This document shows, piece by piece, positions 12,171 through 21,617 of a stretch of 64,000 nucleotides of DNA. Source of the stretch: Candidatus Bathyarchaeota archaeon (GTDB lineage Archaea > Thermoproteota > Bathyarchaeia > Bathyarchaeales > Bathycorpusculaceae). The notes under the pieces are model-generated. The model had not been told where the DNA came from. It did not search any database and worked only from the letters and a program-made list of their open reading frames with translations. Numbering within the stretch: the stretch's first letter is position 1; each line of letters opens with the position of its first letter. The position numbers and the translations under genes are program-made. The stretch is taken from contig CAVZPM010000038.1 in the NCBI GenBank assembly GCA_963777155.1, positions 1 to 64,000 on the forward strand, given 5' to 3'.

Positions 12171-13798
12171 AACCCAAATTTCTCGTCCTGATTGCTCTAC
12201 TAACTTTTACATTGGCTGTTTCAGCTGCAAGCAGCGTCAACGCTCAAAACTTAGTCTATAGCGTGGACCATGAATGGGCTCAAGTCTTCATCAACCAAGA
12301 CGGCACCATAGACTTAACCTACAACATCTCCGTAACTGTTTCCGCAGGAAGTATGGGAGGATTCTATGTTGGTCAACCAAAAAGCGACTTCACCCCTGGA
12401 AAAGCTGTAGACCAATTCGGAAATAACCTACAAGTGGTCGATGCTAGCAGTGGCGGTGACTACCGAGTTGACGTAACGCTAAATCAGCGGTTAACAGCTG
12501 GACAATCCATCTGGTTTCAAGTAACCACCAACGTTGCTGGTATGATAACTAACGACACACAGAACCCTGGCAACTATGGCATGCAGTTTGTCCCACAATG
12601 GATAAGCGATGTGCCAATCAATGATGTACGGATACAGATTGTTCTACCTCCCGGGGTCACAACAAGCGATGTGAAGACAACTGAAAACTTCTACAACGGA
12701 ACCTCTACTGTGGATGACCAGTTGGCGGTTTACTGGGAAAACCCCAGCATTCAAGCAAATGAACAGTTTAAGGTGGGTGTGTCTTTTCCATCCAGTTTTA
12801 TGCCTAACTATGTCCCCAGCGAATCAGGCGGGGGAGGATTTGACTTTGGCAGCTATGGAACTATAATTGGGGTTCTGGGATTCTTCTTTGCGCTTATCGT
12901 TCTATTTTTGATAATCAGGGCAGGTAAAAGCGCCTATACATCGCCAAAGTTGGGTATGGAAACGTTGGGGATAAGACGCGGCTTGACTGCTGTTGAAGCA
13001 TCCTTCTTGCTGGATTTGAAACCGCCACAAATAGTAACCGAAATCCTCTACAGCCTATTACAAAAGAGGGCTGTTTGGGCACAGGAAACCAAACCCTCAC
13101 TAAAACTAAAAGTGTTATCACCATTCGAAAACAAAACTGGAACTTCCGAAAATCCACTGCGGTACTATGAGATAGATTTCCTAAACTCACTCAGGGTTGA
13201 CGGCACACTAGATGAAGAGAAACTTGCTCGAGCCATCATGTTCCTTAGAGACGCGGTGGATCAGAAACTACAGGGTTACAGTCGAAAAGACACCATTGAA
13301 TACTACCGAAAAATCGCAGCTCAAGCCTGGGCTCAAGTGGAACAAGCAGGCACCGTGGAGCTAGCAGCGAACGCATACGATGAGCAACTACTCTGGCTAT
13401 TGCTAGACCCCAACCAACGCACACGTACAGAAACCGTGTTCAGAGACAGAGTCATCCAGCCAAACCCCCTCTGGTTCTGGTGGTGGTACGGCTACACAAC
13501 ATACCATCCACATCCCACCTACTCTCCAAACGTTAACATTCCCTCACAATCAGGTCCACCACCACAGATCCCGGGCGCAGACTTCGCCAATAACATAGCC
13601 ACAGCCGTAGAAGGCACATCGAACAGCATAGTTGCTAACTTGGAAAAATTCGCCAACGCTATCGTTCCGCCTCCTCCAAAAGCATCCCATGAACCATCAC
13701 ATCCCAAATCTGACAGTGTCTGTGCGTGTGCAGCATGTGCTTGTGCCTGCGCTTGCGTTTCATGCGCTTGTGCATGCGCAGGTGGAGGAGGACACTAA
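12164..13798 (+). CDS. Signal-peptide, single-pass membrane protein (DUF2207-like) with a C-terminal Cys-Ala repeat tail
   Basis: Signal peptide, beta-rich external domain, TM segment IIGVLGFFFALIVLFLII, cytoplasmic domain, tail CACAACACACACVSCACACAGGGGH. Confidence 0.85.
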   Translation: MVKPKFLVLIALLTFTLAVSAASSVNAQNLVYSVDHEWAQVFINQDGTIDLTYNISVTVSAGSMGGFYVGQPKSDFTPGKAVDQFGNNLQVVDASSGGDYRVDVTLNQRLTAGQSIWFQVTTNVAGMITNDTQNPGNYGMQFVPQWISDVPINDVRIQIVLPPGVTTSDVKTTENFYNGTSTVDDQLAVYWENPSIQANEQFKVGVSFPSSFMPNYVPSESGGGGFDFGSYGTIIGVLGFFFALIVLFLIIRAGKSAYTSPKLGMETLGIRRGLTAVEASFLLDLKPPQIVTEILYSLLQKRAVWAQETKPSLKLKVLSPFENKTGTSENPLRYYEIDFLNSLRVDGTLDEEKLARAIMFLRDAVDQKLQGYSRKDTIEYYRKIAAQAWAQVEQAGTVELAANAYDEQLLWLLLDPNQRTRTETVFRDRVIQPNPLWFWWWYGYTTYHPHPTYSPNVNIPSQSGPPPQIPGADFANNIATAVEGTSNSIVANLEKFANAIVPPPPKASHEPSHPKSDSVCACAACACACACVSCACACAGGGGH

Positions 13799-13799
13799 A

Positions 13800-15146
13800 A
13801 TGAGTTTTCTAAAGAAAATTCTAGGTAAACAAAAGGTTCCGGTTGGGCGCTACATTTACCGTGGAAAAGACAAGTTTGCAGGAATGTCGCTTCAACTACG
13901 CATCGAACAATCGGGGCAAGGAGTCATGGTAATAAACGCCAACACAGTCCTACACCTAAACCACACTGCAACGTCATTTGCTTACTATTTCATGCAAGGT
14001 TTACCGCAAGAAGAGGTTTTAGCCAAGATTCGCCGCATGTACCACGTAAAAGCTGAGACAGCGAAAGCAGATTACGAGAAGCTCATTTACACGATTAGTA
14101 CAATGGCTCAGACCGAAAAGATCGACCCAGTCTCCTACCTTGATATTGAGAAGGAAGAACCGTTCACCTACCAGTATTCAGCGCCACTACGCATGGATTT
14201 AGCCTTGACGTTTAGATGCCAAAATGATTGTGTGCATTGCTATGCAGGTGGTCCACATGAAACTCCTGAATTAACAACTGTTCAATGGAAAAATGTCATC
14301 GATAAATTAGGTGAAATCGGCGTTTTCATCTTAACCTTCACAGGTGGGGAGCCCACTTTGCGGGAGGACTTGCCCGAGCTGCTTCTTTACGCTCAAGGAA
14401 AAGGCATGGTTACGGGGTTGATTAGTAATGGCCGAAAACTCAAGGACAAGGCGTATGTTGATTTGCTTGAGAAGTCAGGGTTAGATTTTGTACAAATAAC
14501 ACTTGAATCGCATAAACCCCAAGTTCACGACAAAATGACTGGCAAAAAGGGCAGCTGGAAAGAAACTGTAGCAGGAATCCGAAACGCAACACAATCGCAG
14601 ATCTATGTCTCAACCAACACTACGCTAAGCAAGCAGAACTCAGATGACTTCCTAACAACCATCGATTACATTAAGGGGCTTGATGTGAATGCTTTCGGAT
14701 GCAATAGCCTGATATATTCTGGAAGAGCTCCTGATGCAAGCGAAGAATTCGCTCTGACAACTGACGATTTAAAGTTGCTTCTCTCAAAAATACGGCATAA
14801 AGCCCACATGGTCGGCCTCAAATTTCTCTGGTATACCCCAACTCAGTACTGCCAATTCGACCCTGTTCAGTTGGGTTTAGGAGTAAAAACCTGCACAGCC
14901 GCTATGATAAATGCGTGTGTAGGACCAAACGGCGATGTTTACCCTTGCCAAAGCTACTTTGAAAGCCTCGGAAACATACTAACTGAACCATGGGAGAAGA
15001 TCTGGCACCACCCACTTGCAGAAAAATTACGCAAAAGAGAATACGTTGAGGAAAAGTGTAAGGATTGCGAGCAGTTGCAGGTCTGTGGCGGCGGATGTCC
15101 TTTGGAGCTCCAAAACAAAGAGCACCAGTGTACGGTGACAGGATAA
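13800..15146 (+). CDS. Radical SAM/SPASM protein with N-terminal PqqD/RRE-like domain
   Basis: CQNDCVHC and FTGGEP; SPASM CTAA...GDVYPC...CKDC...CGGGCP; N-terminal LHLNHTA...EEVLAKIRRMY...AKADYEKL resembles PqqD. ATG is 1 nt after the upstream stop. Confidence 0.92.
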   Translation: MSFLKKILGKQKVPVGRYIYRGKDKFAGMSLQLRIEQSGQGVMVINANTVLHLNHTATSFAYYFMQGLPQEEVLAKIRRMYHVKAETAKADYEKLIYTISTMAQTEKIDPVSYLDIEKEEPFTYQYSAPLRMDLALTFRCQNDCVHCYAGGPHETPELTTVQWKNVIDKLGEIGVFILTFTGGEPTLREDLPELLLYAQGKGMVTGLISNGRKLKDKAYVDLLEKSGLDFVQITLESHKPQVHDKMTGKKGSWKETVAGIRNATQSQIYVSTNTTLSKQNSDDFLTTIDYIKGLDVNAFGCNSLIYSGRAPDASEEFALTTDDLKLLLSKIRHKAHMVGLKFLWYTPTQYCQFDPVQLGLGVKTCTAAMINACVGPNGDVYPCQSYFESLGNILTEPWEKIWHHPLAEKLRKREYVEEKCKDCEQLQVCGGGCPLELQNKEHQCTVTG

Positions 15147-15208
15147 TTTTATCTTTAGCAATACTCTTCTCTCTAAAAGTAAGCGCTTGTTTGTGAGTTC
15201 AGAAAGAA

Positions 15209-16456
15209 ATGGAGACAGCAGAAAAGCCCAGACTAGTAGTCTTCGACGTTGAAGGAGTGCTTATCCCAAAGAACCGCTTCATTTTTGAATTGGGAAAAAG
15301 CCTTGGCTTCTCTGAGCTTGTAAAGCTTCTATTTCTAGGTTTTCTCTATGAAGCAGGTATTCTGAAGCTCGAATCAGCTCTAAAACGAATTTTCAAGGAT
15401 CTAAAAGGTACATCTCTTGAAAATATGCTAACTATTTTCGGCGGCATCCCAGCAACGCCCTACCTACACGACTTTTTCTGCCAGGTTAGAGCGCGCAACT
15501 TCAAGATAGCTCTGATTAGTTCAGGAATCCCGACAGTTATTGTAGAGAAGCTATCATTTTCCCTTGGTGCAGACTATGCATTTGGTGTGGAGGTTGAAAC
15601 TGTAGATGGCAAGTTGACGGGTGAAATCTGGGGTGACGCCATAACAAGGAATGGAAAACTGAAAATTCTAAATGAGATTCTAAAGAAAGAGAATCTGTCG
15701 CCCAGCGACTGCGTTGTTGTTGCCGACGATCGAAATAACCGTTGCATTTTCCTGCCTGAGGCACTGAAAATTGGGTATAACCCTGATTTTGTTCTACGGG
15801 TTAAAGCTGACCGAGTTGTTAATGGCAATCTCTCAGGAGTTTTACCTATAATCGACGGGATAAAACATAAAGGATCACTTCCCTCGATTAACGATTTAGT
15901 TAGAGAAGATATTCACGCGGCAGGCTTTTTTATGCCTGTAATCGCGGGACTGATCACTATTCCCGTGGTAGCAGCAATAATCATTCTCATCGCCATCGTC
16001 TACACAGCTTCTGAACTTAGGCGTTTAGAAGGACGCGAATTACGCCTGATTTCAGCGGTTACCCGCCACGCAGCTTCACAATCTGAACTTTATGGTTTTG
16101 CTGCAGCGCCCCTTTACTTTGCCTTTGGCATAGTGTTGACGCTGATTCTTTTTCCACCTCAAGCTCATGGTAATCCTGGAGGCGCCGCCATCGCCATGTT
16201 TTGTTTAGGTGACAGCACGGCTTCACTCTTCGGAGGGTCAATCTCTACTTCTTTGCCGTTTAACAAGGGAAAAACTTGGGAAGGCTCGGTAGCCGGGTTC
16301 CTTCTTGCGTTTTTAGCTGGGACATTTTTTGTTTCGCCATGGTTGGCTTTAGTTGGAGCAGCGATTGCCATGACTATTGAGGTTTTGCCCTTGCCAGTCA
16401 ACGACAATGTTTTGATCCCAGTTATTACAGGGGCAGCATTATCTTTGCTTGTCTAA
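15209..16456 (+). CDS. Fusion of HAD (SerB-like) hydrolase and dolichol/phytol-kinase-type membrane domain
   Basis: VVFDVEGVL, ISSG, K, VVADDRNN; C-terminal REDIH...LGDSTASLFG...KGKTWEGS...NDNVLIP. Confidence 0.8.
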   Translation: METAEKPRLVVFDVEGVLIPKNRFIFELGKSLGFSELVKLLFLGFLYEAGILKLESALKRIFKDLKGTSLENMLTIFGGIPATPYLHDFFCQVRARNFKIALISSGIPTVIVEKLSFSLGADYAFGVEVETVDGKLTGEIWGDAITRNGKLKILNEILKKENLSPSDCVVVADDRNNRCIFLPEALKIGYNPDFVLRVKADRVVNGNLSGVLPIIDGIKHKGSLPSINDLVREDIHAAGFFMPVIAGLITIPVVAAIIILIAIVYTASELRRLEGRELRLISAVTRHAASQSELYGFAAAPLYFAFGIVLTLILFPPQAHGNPGGAAIAMFCLGDSTASLFGGSISTSLPFNKGKTWEGSVAGFLLAFLAGTFFVSPWLALVGAAIAMTIEVLPLPVNDNVLIPVITGAALSLLV

Positions 16457-16530
16457 ACATAATTTTGCAGATAATTGCTACTGCTGACAAAATTGTGCCT
16501 TTTCCTGATTTAAGTCAGGTTTGTGTGCCC

Positions 16531-16770
16531 TTATTTTGAACGAGTTTTTTCTCTTATTTTAATCGTTCCAATCACAGTCTTTACGGTTTCTTCGCAGACG
16601 TCTGGTTTCCACGTGCAAATACCTTCAATTATTTCATCCAGATAATGCGCCAACTCATCACTTGTTACACCTTTAGAACAATCTACTTTGTATCGAATTT
16701 CCCCATCTTTTCGACTGATGTTTATCGACACCAAATTATCTTCATTAACCATTTTTTCCGCCCTCTTCAT
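16531..16770 (-). CDS. Hypothetical protein
   Basis: 79-aa ORF with protein-like composition and an upstream TATA-like sequence. Confidence 0.6.
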   Translation of the reverse strand: MKRAEKMVNEDNLVSINISRKDGEIRYKVDCSKGVTSDELAHYLDEIIEGICTWKPDVCEETVKTVIGTIKIREKTRSK

Positions 16771-16872
16771 TGGTTTAGCGTTTTTTACATATAAGCCTTA
16801 CATCAGTCAGTTGTGCAGGACTAAACCTTTCAATTTTTTTTAAACCAAGTTAGGGACATAACATAATTTTTC

Positions 16873-17127
16873 TTATTTTTTGTTCTGGGAACTGATAAGG
16901 TCCTGCTTTTGCTGGTGACTCAACTTTTTTATGGCCTTTTCCCTCTTCATGGCGCTACTTCTTGACCCGAAAACTTCCACGTAAGCTACTTTTTGGGGTC
17001 GATGCGATTTGGTGTATCTTGCGCCTTTGCCGTTTTCATGTTGCCTTGTCCTTTGCTGAAGGTCATTTGTGTAGCCTGTGTAGAAGCTTCCATCCATACA
17101 GAGGAGTATGTAAACGAAAAACGACAT
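16873..17127 (-). CDS. GIY-YIG nuclease (YhbQ/UPF0213-like)
   Basis: FVYILLCMDGSFYTGYT, RQH, GARYTK, AMKREKAIKK. Confidence 0.92.
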   Translation of the reverse strand: MSFFVYILLCMDGSFYTGYTNDLQQRTRQHENGKGARYTKSHRPQKVAYVEVFGSRSSAMKREKAIKKLSHQQKQDLISSQNKK

Positions 17128-17136
17128 TGCTGCTAG

Positions 17137-17811
17137 TTACTCCTCAGTTTGCGTTATGTAATCGGGAACGATGCCTTTCTGAATCGCCCTTTTAAGGTAG
17201 GCTTCTGGGTCGATCGCCTGAACTCTTGCTCTGTCGACGTCAATGATATAGATTTCCTGGATGCGTGCATTACGGATTTCTTCAAGTGTTACAGGCGGTT
17301 TTTGGTAGTAAGCATCGCAGAGGTTTTTTATCTGTTCAATTTCCTGTTCTGAGCGGTTTCTTGGCGGTTTTGCCAATGTTCGTGGGAAGGGCAGGATGTA
17401 GTGTGGTGGAACTCCCAGCGCGAATTTTCCTGCAAAGCTGCTGTATCGGATAATTTTGCTCGCTAACCTCGCAGTTGTGTAGGTTAATGGTGCCAACGCG
17501 TTTTCAGGCGGGATAAAACCTGTTTCTATTTCAACAATTAGGTTTCCTAAACCCTTTATGCCGTACAGGTCACAGGTCAAGGAGGCATTAAGTGGGTATT
17601 CGATTTGGACTTCGTAACCCTTTTGAATAAGGTATTTGGCGCAGACCAACTCCATTACGGAGTGGTTTATTTTTACAACGTTTTCGTTATGGAGTTTGAT
17701 TAGCCAGTCTTTTAGCATGTTAAGTTTGTTTTCAACTTCTGGAGTAGAATCAAAAGTCATCCTGGACAGAAGAACAGTTAAGTCACGATCGAATTTTTCC
17801 CTGTTACTCAT
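17137..17811 (-). CDS. Archaeal hypothetical protein, possible PD-(D/E)xK fold
   Basis: EY...CDLYG...IVEIETG pattern. Confidence 0.65.
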   Translation of the reverse strand: MSNREKFDRDLTVLLSRMTFDSTPEVENKLNMLKDWLIKLHNENVVKINHSVMELVCAKYLIQKGYEVQIEYPLNASLTCDLYGIKGLGNLIVEIETGFIPPENALAPLTYTTARLASKIIRYSSFAGKFALGVPPHYILPFPRTLAKPPRNRSEQEIEQIKNLCDAYYQKPPVTLEEIRNARIQEIYIIDVDRARVQAIDPEAYLKRAIQKGIVPDYITQTEE

Positions 17812-17966
17812 TCATGCTTTCCTTGCCAAATGCTGGCTTTTATGTTATCTAGTTGTTTTAGAATATATAAAGCCTGAAAAAGATAATGCCATTATCCAAA
17901 TGAGTTGGTAGATGATTAAAGATAAGCCATATTAGCCCTAAACAGTAATCTCTCTAAAAGGGTGCG

Positions 17967-18392
17967 TTGATGTACGAGATTTTCATCTACCTCGTGTTGG
18001 CGATTGTTTTTGAAAGCGCCGGAGGCATGCTTTATGGCGTTGGCGTTGGGTTCGATCCAGTACTTGTTTTTGTATCCACTCTGATCATCAATATTTTAAC
18101 TGTTCTGGCAGCCTCAAAATTAATCGACAGATTGTTAGAATGGAAGAAAAATTGGAGAGGCTGGATCGAAAGAAGAACAGCCAGAGGCCAAAGACTCATC
18201 AACAAGTACGCTTGGCTCGGCATAATTGCTGGAGTGTTTGTGCTCTCACCAATGCAGGTCGCAGTCGTTGGCCGTTTACTTTGCATTGAACCAAGAAAAT
18301 TTTATCCACCGCTGATTGGTGGAACTATACTTGGGGCAATAGTATCGATGGGAATCGCACTTGGAATATTCAAAGTTATCCTGGGTTGGTAA
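17967..18392 (+). CDS. Small multi-TM membrane protein (small multidrug export-like)
   Basis: Four hydrophobic segments, INKYAWLGI. Confidence 0.65.
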   Translation: MMYEIFIYLVLAIVFESAGGMLYGVGVGFDPVLVFVSTLIINILTVLAASKLIDRLLEWKKNWRGWIERRTARGQRLINKYAWLGIIAGVFVLSPMQVAVVGRLLCIEPRKFYPPLIGGTILGAIVSMGIALGIFKVILGW

Positions 18393-18416
18393 GACAACCA
18401 AAACGAATCGAAATTC

Positions 18417-18602
18417 CTACTCTTTAAGAGCTGAGAGTACAAGCCTTGTGTTTGGGACGTCGATTTCGACTATTTTGTAGCCGTTGAACTCTTTGGCTTC
18501 GCCCATTATGTTTCTAACAGTTATTTTTTCGCCGTCTACTTTGCTGTAGATGACATCTCTGAAATGCACTTTGCCATCAATTATTACGTTAAATTCACAC
18601 AT
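18417..18602 (-). CDS. CooT-family nickel-binding protein
   Basis: N-terminal MCE, DVIY, NIMGE, IVEID; 61 aa. Confidence 0.75.
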   Translation of the reverse strand: MCEFNVIIDGKVHFRDVIYSKVDGEKITVRNIMGEAKEFNGYKIVEIDVPNTRLVLSALKE

Positions 18603-18910
18603 GCTGATCACAAATAGGGAAAAATGGGTTCTGGGTTATTAAGGGCTTTGAGCGGAAACAGCCAATTACTCAAGAAATGAAGAAATGCAGAAGTTGTTTT
18701 GGATGCAGAATTGGGGGTAAGGGGAGGGGGGTTAGTCCCCCTCTCTTTTTGTTCTTTCCTTTCTTGAATAGGAATATACCTGTTTTCTGCTTATAAGAGA
18801 TATTTCGATTTTTGGAATATATCAATCTTTCCACCTCACTTTAGGGAAAATTCCATTATCTTTTCCTACACAAACGTTTTTAGACAAAGCAAGCTATAGA
18901 AAGAATGTCT

Positions 18911-19212
18911 ATGAAAACACTTGCTGAAATCAAAAAGCAGCTTGAATCCCTTAAAACCCAGTTTTAAAAGAAAAGTTTCAAGTGGACACCATAGGCATAT
19001 TTGGCTCGTATTCTCAAGGACAACAGAAACAAACAAGCGATGTCGACCTTCTAGTAACCTTCATCGAGCCCAATGACATTGATCTTTTAGATTTTATTGC
19101 CCTCAAGCAATTCCTGCGCCGAAAGCTGGGGGTAAAAGTGGATTTAGTTGAAAAGAAAGCGCTTAAGGAACGAATAAAGGATAGAATCTTAGAAGAGACA
19201 GTCTACGTATGA
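18911..19212 (+). CDS. Minimal nucleotidyltransferase antitoxin (MntA-like), frameshift near 18955
   Basis: MKTLAEIKKQL joins IFGSYS...SDVDLLV...KVDLV across an A-run. Confidence 0.88.
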
Positions 19213-19550
19213 CAAGAGACAACAAACTTTACTATGAAGACATTGCTGAAGCAATCCGGGAAATAGAAGAGTTCATGGGTGATCTTTCTTTTGACAGATT
19301 TGCCAAAAGACACCAAAGTAATTCGGGCAGTCACCATGGATTTTATAGTTATAGGCGAAGCGGCAAAACATGTGCCAGCAGATGCGCGGAAGAGGCATAC
19401 CGGAGATTCCATGGTCAAAAATCGTGGGGATGCGCAACATCCTAACTCATGACTACCCAGAAATCGACGTAGAGAAGAGTGTGGAAAACAGCCAAAAGTC
19501 GTTTGCCATTACTCAAACTGGTAATTGAGGAACTGTTAAGCGAGCGATAA
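19209..19550 (+). CDS. HEPN toxin (DUF86/HepT-like), several frameshifts
   Basis: Across frames: VIGEAAKHVP, IPWSKIVGMRNILTHDY (RxxxxH motif), ends ELLSER. Confidence 0.82.
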
Positions 19551-19551
19551 A

Positions 19552-19830
19552 TCAACATATATTATCAAGTATTTCTTTCACTCGGTTTTTTTCCAAACCT
19601 TTTAGGAACATTTTTTTCTCTTTGGAGGTAGCCCCAGACGCAAGCTCAACTTTAGCATGCAATAGTTTTGAGAGTTCTTTTATGATTTCTTTGTTGACTT
19701 TGCCCTTGACCGGCTCTTCTGTGGAGTAAACCACTATTTCAGTTCCATCGAGCTCTATTTTAAATTTGGGTGAGTTGGGCTTAACAAAAATGGTGAGGAT
19801 TACGCCGTCTTTGGTTTCAGCGATGCTCAT
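19552..19830 (-). CDS. DUF167 (YggU) family protein
   Basis: IFVKPNS, PVKGKVN, GATSKEK. Confidence 0.88.
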   Translation of the reverse strand: MSIAETKDGVILTIFVKPNSPKFKIELDGTEIVVYSTEEPVKGKVNKEIIKELSKLLHAKVELASGATSKEKKMFLKGLEKNRVKEILDNIC

Positions 19831-21468
19831 GGAGTTATGCACTCAGAGTTGCATGTCGCCTCAGCTTTCTTGTGCTCCAGTGCCCAACTGAATTTGCTGC
19901 GAAGTGTTTTGGGGTAGAATTTTTCGATGTCGAACTTGACTTTCTTTGCCCACTTCACGTATGCTGTTGGGTCAATGTAGGATTTGAGTGAGGTGCCAAG
20001 GTTGTATTCTCGGGTTAGTTTGGTTAATTCTAAGTCGAGTTTGGCGCGTTCAATGCGGGTTTCGAGTGCTTCGGTTTTTTTGCCCTCTTTCTTTTTGGCT
20101 TTTAGCAATTCCTGCAAGTTTTTGAGGTTTGCTTCCTTATCCGCTACCCGCTGGTCAAAGGTGGGCGGAATCTTTCGTTTGTGGTTTGCAACTTCTGCTA
20201 CTTTGAAATTTGCCATTTTCGCTGCGAAGTTTTTCTTGTAGTCTGGATCTTCTTTGGTTACGCCGCTTTTTTCAAGCTCTTCTCGAACGGTTTTGGTGCA
20301 TCGCCATGTTCTGAAGACTTTGGCGGTGAGTTTAGGCATTTTCTCCGAGAGGAAACGGCTGACGTGTTTTGAGTCGATGCCTTCGAAGAGGTATTCTTTG
20401 CTTGTTCTGCTGAAGTACTCGATGTTCTTGATAACTTCAGGTGGCGCCTTGTACTCTTTGACCCATCTTACGCTGTCTTTGCCTAAAAAGTCAAAGTGCA
20501 GGGTGTCGCCCACGATTTTGATGTGTTCTTTTCTGAGCGTTATTGCGCCTACGGTGTCGGCTTCGTCTGGGTCTTTTTCGTCGCCAACCCTCATGTTAGG
20601 CACCAAAATCAGCCACGACACTGTTGCGACCTTTCGCCTTGTTTCGTCTTTATCGGTCAGGTTCTTGAGGATATGAGCTTCGATTTGCTTGATTTGTTTG
20701 CCCAAGGTTTCGGCTTTCTGGAACTTTTCTTTCTCGCGGTTCTGCTTAAGGAAAGCAGTGTCGCTAAACCAGACATACTTGACTTTGCCGGTTAGCTTGT
20801 CTATCCATTTAGCCACGTACATCTTGTTGGGTTCCCAAGTGATCTTTCCAGCCTTCTGGTTTAGGAGCGTCAGGTGAAAGGTTTAGAGTTATGTCTTCTT
20901 TGGTTGGACCTTCTTTCCATTTACCCCGTTGCGGGTGATCACCCCGTCCAGCAAAAAGACAGGATGGCTCAGAAGTCCAGTTGGCAACTTCCAAACGTTG
21001 CCCATCAACTTCAGCGTAACCGAATTTTTCTTTAAACTCTAAACGTTTGACTTTGCGTTCTTCAGCTAACTGCTTCTTTAACTTCTTTTGTTAATGCCTC
21101 TTTTGCTGCTTTTTCTTGAATAATAAAGTTCTTAACTTGAGAGAAGTCGATTTCGTTGACTTGAGCCAACGTTGTGTGATTATCAACGTTAGCACAGGTA
21201 TTTTGAGCAGAACGCATCCAAAAAGGTCGCTTGAGGGGTTTTCTTTTTTTAGTTGCCCCAGAAATTCTTTCATAAAGTTCTTTGTAAATACCGCGTCTGG
21301 AGGCGGTATGGTGGTTGATAGGACTCTGCGGCTCCATGCCATCGCCATAGGCTCAGATTTTTCAGTGAGTTTGATTGTTTGACCTTGAATCTTTACGTTA
21401 AACCCTTTAAGGTCGTAGGGCGGAACGAATATGCCGTTGTGCTTTAGACTTTTCATAACGTGCTTCAT
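19827..21468 (-). CDS. Type IB DNA topoisomerase (eukaryote-like), multiple frameshifts
   Basis: LKHNGIFVPP, NWTSEPSCLFAGRGDHP, MRVGDEK, FDFLGKDS, AKVFRT, NHKR, LGTSLKSYIDP (catalytic Tyr), spread over several frames. Confidence 0.92.
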
Positions 21469-21617
21469 TTGAGATAGACACCATTTTTCGGCAAAGTTTC
21501 TTGCTTAGCCAACTACTAGCTTATACATGCTTTTTTTATCTTTCGTTACCAGACCTGCAACTTGCATAAGCCCGTCTGCCCAACTTAAAAACTTAAACCC
21601 TAAAAAGATGTGCAATA

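Noticed and set aside
13721-13780. Cys-Ala tail as a DNA microsatellite or assembly artefact
   Set aside because: Synonymous codons vary throughout, so the repeat exists at protein level, not nucleotide level.
13632-13799. 56-aa N-terminal extension of the rSAM ORF in the ORF track
   Set aside because: It overlaps the Cys-tail coding region in another frame. The ATG at 13800 directly after the upstream stop is the more plausible start.
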